Origin: Escherichia coli
GTDB lineage: Bacteria > Pseudomonadota > Gammaproteobacteria > Enterobacterales > Enterobacteriaceae
DNA: 64,000 nt
Assembly (NCBI RefSeq): GCF_965641715.1
Contig: NZ_OZ282453.1
Direction: 5' to 3' (one strand)
Within the stretch, counting starts at the first letter, position 1, and every line of letters begins with the position of its first letter. This document shows positions 56,757-64,000 of this stretch, piece by piece. The notes beneath the pieces are model-generated. The model did no database searches and had not been told where the DNA came from. It was given only the letters and a program-made list of their open reading frames with translations. Position numbers and translations under genes: made by a program.

Positions 56757-57761
56757 ATGTCGATTAAGAAGCTCGAAGATGGTCGTTATTTGCTGGACAT
56801 CAGGCCGAACGGACGCAAGGGAAAGCGCGTGCGTAAGGTATTTGACAAAAAATCGGTAGCGGTGGCCACTGAACGCTACATCATGGCGAACGCTGAAAAG
56901 CGGGAATATATACAGGGCTACCGTGATCGTCGAACGCTAAATGATTTGCTTGAGTTGTGGTGGATGTATCACGGCCAGCACAGGCGTAAGGCGGAAGAAG
57001 ACCGAAAACAACTGCGCAACATAATCAATGAGCTTGGCGCTGATATGCAGGCTGTGGATCTTGATAAGCTGAAAATTATCGCGTGGCGTTCTCAAAAGAT
57101 AGCTGAAGGATTGAAACCGTCATCTGCTAACAGGTACATGAATCGGTTATCCGGAATGTTTACCGTGCTGAAAAAAATAGGTCTTTGGGATGCAGAACAT
57201 CCAGTAAGGGGAATTTCTATTCTTTATGTATCTCCACGAGAAATGGCGTTCCTGTCACAGAAGGAAGTGGCGCTATTGCTCGATACACTGGAGGGCGACT
57301 ACTGGCGTGTTGCGCTTTTGTGTTTAAGCACAGGGGCGCGCTGGAGTGAAGCTTGTAAGCTTCGTGGTGAACAGATAGTTCATAACCGTGTAACGTTTCT
57401 TGAAACCAAAAATGGCCGGAAGAGAACAGTGCCAATTTCGCAGGCAGTTTGTGAGGCGATCAAAACCAGAGAAACAGGCGGCTTGTTTGAGGTGAAGTAC
57501 CGGGAATTCTGCCTGGCGCTGAAAAGAGTTAAGCCCGACTTACCAAAAGGCCAGGCTGCACATGTGCTGCGGCATACGTTCGCCAGCCATTTTGTGATGA
57601 ACGGAGGAAACATTATTGCGCTTCAGAAGATTCTTGGTCACGCAACCATTCAGCAAACAATGGCATATGCGCATTTTGCACCGGATTACCTGCAGGATGC
57701 GGTGGCCCTTAATCCGCTGAAAGGTGGCGTAAGTGTCCACGCAGTGTCCACGGGGGATTAA
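56757..57761 (+). CDS. int: Tyrosine integrase, P2 Int-like
   Basis: MSIKKLEDGRYLLDIRPNGRKGKRVRKVFDKKS... through ...HVLRHTFASHF...LGH...YAHFAPDYLQDAVALNPL is collinear with P2 Int. Confidence 0.93.
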   Translation: MSIKKLEDGRYLLDIRPNGRKGKRVRKVFDKKSVAVATERYIMANAEKREYIQGYRDRRTLNDLLELWWMYHGQHRRKAEEDRKQLRNIINELGADMQAVDLDKLKIIAWRSQKIAEGLKPSSANRYMNRLSGMFTVLKKIGLWDAEHPVRGISILYVSPREMAFLSQKEVALLLDTLEGDYWRVALLCLSTGARWSEACKLRGEQIVHNRVTFLETKNGRKRTVPISQAVCEAIKTRETGGLFEVKYREFCLALKRVKPDLPKGQAAHVLRHTFASHFVMNGGNIIALQKILGHATIQQTMAYAHFAPDYLQDAVALNPLKGGVSVHAVSTGD

Positions 57762-57787
57762 TTTTATATAGCCTGAAACGGCTTAAA

Positions 57788-57822
57788 GGGCGATACTGAA
57801 TAACAATTTTTCAGTATTGCCC
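57788..57822 (+). terminator. Hairpin downstream of int
   Basis: GGGCGATACTGAA-N9-TTCAGTATTGCCC (13-bp stem with one G-U pair). It has no T tract. Confidence 0.45.
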
Positions 57823-57919
57823 GTCTAAATGGTTATGTTGTTATCTGTATGATTATTAATGTTTTTTCAGATTAAACAGCAGTTTGCAAATGGGCGTTTG
57901 TTGATAAAGGAGCCTTAGA

Positions 57920-59077
57920 TTGTCAGAGACTGAAAAAGGGTTAAAAATCCTTGTTGATGAAAATATGCCTTATGCCCGCGACTTATTTAGCCGTTTGGGT
58001 GAGGTGACCGCGGTTCCCGGGCGTCCAATCCCCGTCGCTCAACTGGCAGACGCGGATGCGCTGATGGTGCGTTCGGTCACGAAAGTGAATGAATCTTTGC
58101 TGGCAGGAAAACCCATTAAATTTGTTGGCACTGCCACTGCGGGGACCGACCATGTCGATGAAGCATGGTTGAAGCAGGCGGGAATTGGTTTTTCCGCTGC
58201 ACCTGGCTGTAATGCGATTGCGGTGGTGGAATATGTTTTCTCCTCCCTGCTGATGCTTGCCGAACGCGATGGATTTTCACTGCACGAGCGTACCGTGGGG
58301 ATCGTGGGCGTTGGTAATGTTGGTCGGCGTTTACAGGCACGACTGGAAGCGTTAGGGATTAAAACCTTGCTTTGCGATCCGCCTCGCGCTGACCGTGGGG
58401 ATGAGGGTGATTTCCGCTCGCTGGATGAATTAGTTCAGCATGCGGATATTCTGACTTTCCATACGCCACTTTTCAAAGACGGGCCGTACAAAACGCTGCA
58501 TCTGGCGGATGAAAAACTGATCCGTAACCTGAAGCCAGGAGCGATTCTGATTAACGCCTGCCGTGGCGCAGTCGTCGATAATACCGCGCTGCTGACCTGC
58601 CTGAATGAAGGCCAGAAGTTAAGCGTAGTGCTGGATGTCTGGGAAGGCGAACCGGAACTTAACGTGGAGTTGCTGACAAAAGTGGATATCGGCACGCCGC
58701 ATATTGCAGGCTATACCCTGGAAGGTAAAGCACGCGGTACTACGCAAGTGTTTGAAGCCTATAGCAAGTTTATTGGGCATGAACAGCACGTTGCGCTGGA
58801 TACATTACTACCCGCGCCAGAGTTTGGTCGCATTACACTGCATGGCCCGCTCGATCAACCGACGCTGAAAAGGCTGGTGCATTTGGTGTATGATGTGCGC
58901 CGCGATGACGCACCGCTGCGTAAAGTCGCCGGGATACCGGGTGAGTTCGATAAACTGCGCAAAAACTATCTTGAGCGCCGTGAATGGTCATCTCTGTATG
59001 TAATTTGTGATGACGCCAGTGCGGCATCATTGCTGTGTAAACTGGGTTTTAACGCCGTTCATCATCCGGCACGTTAA
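57920..59077 (+). CDS. pdxB: Erythronate-4-phosphate dehydrogenase PdxB with phage-derived 5' end (TTG start; an alternative internal ATG is at 57965)
   Basis: From [21 protein letters not shown] onward the sequence is canonical PdxB. The upstream MSETEKGL plus AAGGAG (57907-57912) come from the prophage arm. Confidence 0.88.
   Translation: MSETEKGLKILVDENMPYARDLFSRLGEVTAVPGRPIPVAQLADADALMVRSVTKVNESLLAGKPIKFVGTATAGTDHVDEAWLKQAGIGFSAAPGCNAIAVVEYVFSSLLMLAERDGFSLHERTVGIVGVGNVGRRLQARLEALGIKTLLCDPPRADRGDEGDFRSLDELVQHADILTFHTPLFKDGPYKTLHLADEKLIRNLKPGAILINACRGAVVDNTALLTCLNEGQKLSVVLDVWEGEPELNVELLTKVDIGTPHIAGYTLEGKARGTTQVFEAYSKFIGHEQHVALDTLLPAPEFGRITLHGPLDQPTLKRLVHLVYDVRRDDAPLRKVAGIPGEFDKLRKNYLERREWSSLYVICDDASAASLLCKLGFNAVHHPAR
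57944..57963. repeat. Prophage attachment-site core, int-proximal copy (inside pdxB codons)
   Basis: AAAATCCTTGTTGATGAAAA is identical to 21531-21550. Confidence 0.8.
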
Positions 59078-59142
59078 TCTCTTCTTCATGCTCTCTGCTG
59101 TAACATTGGCAGGGAGCTTTGCTATTTCTGGAGTAAACCACC

Positions 59143-60156
59143 ATGTCTGAAGGCTGGAACATTGCCGTCCTGGGCGCAACTGGCGCTGTGGGCGAAGCCC
59201 TGCTTGAAACGCTGGCTGAACGTCAGTTCCCGGTTGGGGAAATTTATGCACTGGCACGTAACGAAAGCGCAGGCGAACAACTGCGCTTTGGTGGTAAGAC
59301 AATCACCGTGCAGGATGCTGCTGAATTCGACTGGACGCAGGCGCAGCTGGCATTTTTTGTCGCAGGCAAAGAAGCTACCGCTGCCTGGGTTGAAGAAGCG
59401 ACCAACTCAGGTTGCCTGGTGATCGACAGCAGCGGACTGTTTGCTCTCGAACCCGACGTACCGCTGGTGGTGCCGGAAGTAAACCCGTTTGTACTGACCG
59501 ATTACCGCAACCGGAATGTCATCGCCGTACCGGACAGTCTGACCAGTCAGTTGCTGGCGGCACTGAAACCGTTAATCGATCAGGGCGGTTTATCACGTAT
59601 CAGCGTTACCAGCCTGATTTCAGCCTCCGCCCAGGGCAAAAAAGCGGTCGATGCGTTAGCGGGGCAGAGTGCGAAATTGCTCAACGGCATTCCGATTGAC
59701 GAAGAAGATTTCTTCGGGCGTCAGCTGGCGTTCAACATGCTGCCGTTACTGCCGGATAGCGAAGGTAGCGTGCGTGAAGAACGTCGTATCGTTGACGAAG
59801 TACGCAAAATCCTGCAGGACGAAGGGCTGATGATTTCGGCAAGCGTCGTCCAGGCACCGGTATTCTACGGTCATGCCCAGATGGTCAACTTTGAAGCACT
59901 GCGTCCGCTGGCGGCAGAAGAAGCGCGTGATGCGTTTTCTCAGGGCGAAGATATTGTGCTCTCTGAAGAGAACGAATTCCCGACTCAGGTAGGGGATGCT
60001 TCGGGTACGCCGCATCTTTCTGTTGGCTGTGTGCGTAATGACTACGGTATGCCGGAGCAAGTCCAGTTCTGGTCGGTGGCCGATAACGTTCGCTTTGGCG
60101 GCGCGCTGATGGCAGTAAAAATCGCCGAGAAACTGGTGCAGGAGTATCTGTACTAA
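59143..60156 (+). CDS. usg: USG-1 protein (aspartate-semialdehyde dehydrogenase paralogue)
   Basis: 337-aa ORF starting [22 protein letters not shown], upstream of truA. Confidence 0.92.
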
Positions 60157-60968
60157 TGTCCGACCAGCAACAACCGCCAGTTTATAAAATTGCGCTGGGC
60201 ATTGAGTACGACGGCAGTAGGTATTACGGCTGGCAACGGCAGAATGAAGTCCGCAGTGTGCAGGAGAAGCTGGAAAAGGCGCTCTCCCAGGTGGCGAACG
60301 AACCGATCACCGTCTTCTGCGCCGGGCGTACTGACGCAGGGGTACACGGTACCGGGCAGGTGGTGCATTTCGAAACAACCGCGCAGCGCAAAGACGCTGC
60401 GTGGACGTTGGGCGTAAATGCGAATTTACCTGGTGACATCGCCGTGCGTTGGGTTAAAGCTGTACCTGATGATTTTCATGCCCGATTTAGCGCCACGGCT
60501 CGCCGTTATCGCTACATCATCTACAATCATCGGCTGCGCCCGGCGGTACTGAGTAAAGGGGTAACCCATTTTTACGAACCGCTGGACGCTGAACGGATGC
60601 ATCGGGCTGCGCAATGCTTGCTGGGCGAGAATGATTTCACCTCGTTCCGTGCGGTGCAGTGCCAGTCCCGAACCCCGTGGCGCAACGTTATGCATATTAA
60701 TGTCACGCGTCACGGTCCTTATGTGGTGGTTGATATCAAAGCGAATGCCTTTGTACATCATATGGTCAGGAATATTGTCGGCAGCCTGATGGAAGTCGGT
60801 GCCCACAACCAGCCGGAGAGCTGGATAGCAGAGTTGCTGGCGGCAAAGGACAGAACGCTGGCGGCAGCAACGGCAAAAGCGGAAGGGCTGTATCTGGTCG
60901 CGGTGGATTACCCTGACCGGTATGATCTTCCAAAACCGCCAATGGGCCCGCTATTTCTGGCGGACTAA
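60156..60968 (+). CDS. truA: tRNA pseudouridine(38-40) synthase TruA
   Basis: 270-aa ORF containing [20 protein letters not shown] and the catalytic GRTDAGVH motif. Confidence 0.95.
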
Positions 60969-60988
60969 CGAGAATAATGCTCGGAACA

Positions 60989-61023
60989 TTTCAGGCTGTA
61001 GCCAACGTAGTTACAGCCTGAAA
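60989..61023 (+). terminator. Hairpin after truA
   Basis: TTTCAGGCTGTA-N11-TACAGCCTGAAA (12-bp stem). Confidence 0.5.
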
Positions 61024-61050
61024 GATGACGAGTACAAGGCATAGGCAAAT

Positions 61051-61710
61051 ATGGACCTGATTTATTTCCTCATCGATTTTATCCTGCACATTGACGTGCA
61101 TCTGGCAGAGCTGGTCGCGGAGTACGGCGTCTGGGTTTATGCCATTTTGTTCTTAATTTTGTTCTGTGAAACCGGTCTGGTGGTAACGCCGTTTTTACCG
61201 GGTGATTCATTGCTGTTTGTTGCCGGAGCGTTGGCATCACTGGAAACCAACGATCTCAACGTCCATATGATGGTGGTGCTGATGCTGATCGCCGCGATTG
61301 TGGGTGACGCGGTCAATTACACTATCGGGCGGTTGTTCGGTGAAAAGTTATTCAGTAATCCCAATTCGAAAATTTTCCGTCGCAGTTATCTCGACAAAAC
61401 CCATCAGTTTTATGAGAAACATGGCGGCAAAACGATTATTCTCGCCCGTTTTGTGCCGATCGTCAGAACGTTCGCCCCGTTTGTTGCGGGAATGGGCCAC
61501 ATGTCGTACCGTCATTTCGCTGCTTATAACGTGATCGGCGCACTGTTGTGGGTACTGCTTTTTACCTACGCAGGCTATTTCTTCGGTACAATCCCGATGG
61601 TTCAGGATAACCTTAAGCTGCTGATCGTCGGGATTATTGTGGTTTCTATTTTGCCGGGCGTCATCGAAATAATCCGTCACAAACGCGCTGCGGCACGCGC
61701 CGCAAAATAA
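61051..61710 (+). CDS. dedA: DedA-family inner-membrane protein
   Basis: 219-aa membrane ORF with conserved position. Confidence 0.92.
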   Translation: MDLIYFLIDFILHIDVHLAELVAEYGVWVYAILFLILFCETGLVVTPFLPGDSLLFVAGALASLETNDLNVHMMVVLMLIAAIVGDAVNYTIGRLFGEKLFSNPNSKIFRRSYLDKTHQFYEKHGGKTIILARFVPIVRTFAPFVAGMGHMSYRHFAAYNVIGALLWVLLFTYAGYFFGTIPMVQDNLKLLIVGIIVVSILPGVIEIIRHKRAAARAAK

Positions 61711-61865
61711 AAAGTAACTCCGCGGTTCGACCACTTTTTTATCCAAAGTTTCGGGCTGTTATGTTTTAATGTGCAACATTCATGGTCTGTTGGGGGCAAA
61801 AATGGCATTATGCGTCCCCAAAGATAAAACTGGCATCGAACCAGGTTCAGACAGAAAGGTCCCTA

Positions 61866-62780
61866 ATGAGCTGGATTGAACGAATTAAAAGCAACATTAC
61901 TCCCACCCGCAAGGCGAGCATTCCTGAAGGGGTGTGGACTAAGTGTGATAGCTGCGGTCAGGTTTTATACCGCGCTGAGCTGGAACGTAATCTTGAGGTC
62001 TGTCCGAAGTGTGACCATCACATGCGTATGACAGCGCGTAATCGCCTGCATAGCCTGTTAGATGAAGGAAGCCTTGTGGAGCTGGGTAGCGAGCTTGAGC
62101 CGAAAGATGTGCTGAAGTTTCGTGACTCCAAGAAGTATAAAGACCGTCTGGCATCTGCGCAGAAAGAAACCGGCGAAAAAGATGCGCTGGTGGTGATGAA
62201 AGGCACTCTGTATGGAATGCCGGTTGTCGCTGCGGCATTCGAGTTCGCCTTTATGGGCGGTTCAATGGGGTCTGTTGTGGGTGCACGTTTCGTGCGTGCC
62301 GTTGAGCAGGCGCTGGAAGATAACTGCCCGCTGATCTGCTTCTCCGCCTCTGGTGGCGCACGTATGCAGGAAGCACTGATGTCGCTGATGCAGATGGCGA
62401 AAACCTCTGCGGCACTGGCAAAAATGCAGGAGCGCGGCTTGCCGTACATCTCCGTGCTGACCGACCCGACGATGGGCGGTGTTTCTGCAAGTTTCGCCAT
62501 GCTGGGCGATCTCAACATCGCTGAACCTAAAGCGTTAATCGGCTTTGCCGGTCCGCGTGTTATCGAACAGACCGTTCGCGAAAAACTGCCGCCAGGATTC
62601 CAGCGCAGTGAATTCCTGATCGAGAAAGGCGCGATCGACATGATCGTCCGTCGTCCGGAAATGCGCCTGAAACTGGCGAGCATTCTGGCGAAGTTGATGA
62701 ATCTGCCAGCGCCGAATCCTGAAGCGCCGCGTGAAGGCGTAGTGGTACCCCCGGTACCGGATCAGGAACCTGAGGCCTGA
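61866..62780 (+). CDS. accD: Acetyl-CoA carboxylase carboxyltransferase beta subunit
   Basis: [35 protein letters not shown]... with a zinc ribbon. 304 aa. The track ORF start at 61782 is an over-extension. Confidence 0.95.
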
Positions 62781-62788
62781 TAACTGAT

Positions 62789-62818
62789 AAGGGCAGGGCC
62801 ACTGGCTCTGCCCTTTTG
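62789..62818 (+). terminator. Rho-independent terminator after accD
   Basis: AAGGGCAG-N11-CTGCCCTT followed by TTT. Confidence 0.7.
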
Positions 62819-62849
62819 CTATTCTCACCGTAACGAATCAGCGGATACC

Positions 62850-64000
62850 ATGATTATCAAACGCACTCCTCAAGCCGCGTCGCCTCTGGCTTCGTGGCTT
62901 TCTTATCTGGAAAACCTGCACAGTAAAACTATCGATCTCGGCCTTGAGCGCGTGAGCCAGGTCGCGGCGCGTCTTGGCGTTCTGAAACCAGCGCCATTTG
63001 TGTTTACCGTTGCGGGTACGAATGGCAAAGGCACCACCTGCCGTACGCTGGAGTCGATTCTGATGGCGGCAGGGTACAAAGTGGGCGTCTACAGTTCGCC
63101 TCATCTGGTGCGTTATACCGAGCGCGTACGTGTGCAGGGTCAGGAATTGCCGGAATCGGCCCACACCGCCTCTTTTGCGGAGATTGAATCGGCACGCGGT
63201 GATATTTCCCTGACCTATTTCGAGTACGGTACGCTGTCGGCGTTGTGGCTGTTCAAACAGGCACAACTTGACGTGGTGATTCTGGAAGTAGGGCTGGGCG
63301 GTCGTCTGGACGCAACCAATATTGTCGACGCCGATGTCGCGGTAGTAACCAGTATTGCGCTGGATCATACCGACTGGCTGGGGCCAGATCGCGAAAGTAT
63401 TGGTCGCGAGAAAGCAGGCATCTTTCGCAGCGAAAAACCGGCAATTGTCGGTGAGCCGGAAATGCCTTCTACCATTGCTGATGTGGCGCAGGAAAAAGGT
63501 GCACTGTTACAACGTCGGGGCGTTGAGTGGAACTATTCCGTCACCGATCATGACTGGGCGTTTAGCGATGCTCACGGCACGCTGGAAAATCTGCCGTTGC
63601 CGCTTGTCCCGCAACCGAATGCCGCAACAGCGCTGGCGGCACTGCGTGCCAGCGGGCTGGAGGTCAGTGAAAATGCCATTCGTGACGGGATTGCCAGCGC
63701 AATTTTGCCGGGACGTTTCCAGATTGTGAGCGAGTCGCCACGCGTTATTTTTGATGTCGCGCATAATCCACATGCGGCGGAATATCTCACCGGGCGTATG
63801 AAAGCGCTACCGAAAAACGGGCGCGTGCTGGCGGTTATCGGTATGCTACATGATAAAGATATTGCCGGAACTCTGGCCTGGTTGAAAAGCGTGGTTGATG
63901 ACTGGTATTGTGCGCCACTGGAAGGGCCGCGCGGTGCCACGGCAGAACAACTGCTTGAGCATTTGGGTAACGGCAAATCATTTGATAGCGTTGCGCAGGC
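62850..64000 (+). CDS. folC: Folylpolyglutamate synthase / dihydrofolate synthase, 5' part (runs off window)
   Basis: ATG at 62850 gives MIIKRTPQAASPLASWLSYLENLH...VAGTNGKGTT (P-loop). The frame is open to the window end, which is why it is absent from the ORF track. Confidence 0.9.
   Translation, partial: MIIKRTPQAASPLASWLSYLENLHSKTIDLGLERVSQVAARLGVLKPAPFVFTVAGTNGKGTTCRTLESILMAAGYKVGVYSSPHLVRYTERVRVQGQELPESAHTASFAEIESARGDISLTYFEYGTLSALWLFKQAQLDVVILEVGLGGRLDATNIVDADVAVVTSIALDHTDWLGPDRESIGREKAGIFRSEKPAIVGEPEMPSTIADVAQEKGALLQRRGVEWNYSVTDHDWAFSDAHGTLENLPLPLVPQPNAATALAALRASGLEVSENAIRDGIASAILPGRFQIVSESPRVIFDVAHNPHAAEYLTGRMKALPKNGRVLAVIGMLHDKDIAGTLAWLKSVVDDWYCAPLEGPRGATAEQLLEHLGNGKSFDSVAQ

Larger units (their letters stand above)
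21531..57963. mobile_element. P2-like (Peduovirus-type) temperate prophage, about 36.4 kb, apparently intact
   Basis: Bounded by 20-bp direct repeats. It contains P2-type int/C/cox, gpA, the full Q-P-O-N-M-L-X...D-ogr morphogenesis set with intact ORFs, and interrupts the K-12 flk-pdxB adjacency. Confidence 0.92.

Noticed and set aside
62838-63976. Several minus-strand ORFs (176 aa, 134 aa and others) at the right end
   Set aside because: They are antisense to folC. The folC frame (MIIKRTPQAASPLASWLSYLENLH...) is open to the window end and is missing from the track only because it has no stop.

Overview
This window is an Escherichia coli chromosomal segment. Its backbone gene order matches K-12: fadI(3' end)-fadJ-sixA-yfcVUSRQPO-smrB-prmB-aroC-mepA-yfcA-epmC-yfcL-mnmC-fabB-yfcJ-flk, then pdxB-usg-truA-dedA-accD-folC(5' part). 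Between flk and pdxB lies a prophage of about 36.4 kb (21531-57963) that looks intact and is P2-like. It is bounded by a 20-bp direct repeat that corresponds to codons 2-8 of pdxB. It carries a P2-type switch (int, C, cox), a long gpA-like replication endonuclease, and a full head/lysis/tail set (Q P O N M L X holin endolysin R S V W J I H, FI FII E/E' T U D, ogr). It also has a Gin/Pin-type invertase with a Mu-G-like invertible tail-fibre segment. The most interesting parts are the accessory regions. (1) An 81-nt tRNA-like, P1 c4 / P4 CI-type antisense RNA candidate has its two antisense boxes repeated as targets on both sides; one target copy covers the RBS of a 76-aa ORF upstream of the replication gene. 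(2) The cos-to-A hotspot holds a Phd/Doc toxin-antitoxin pair, a stand-alone ClpX zinc-binding-domain protein and an R1-type ParM/ParR partition cassette. (3) An AT-rich att-proximal moron encodes a zinc-ribbon membrane protein and a secreted protein with three C-x11-C / RLxCYD modules, next to a Hok/Gef-type toxin ORF too short (46 aa) to appear in the supplied ORF track. (4) The FI-U tail block is inverted relative to canonical P2 order. All homology statements come from my own reading of the translations and remembered family sequences. No database search was run.
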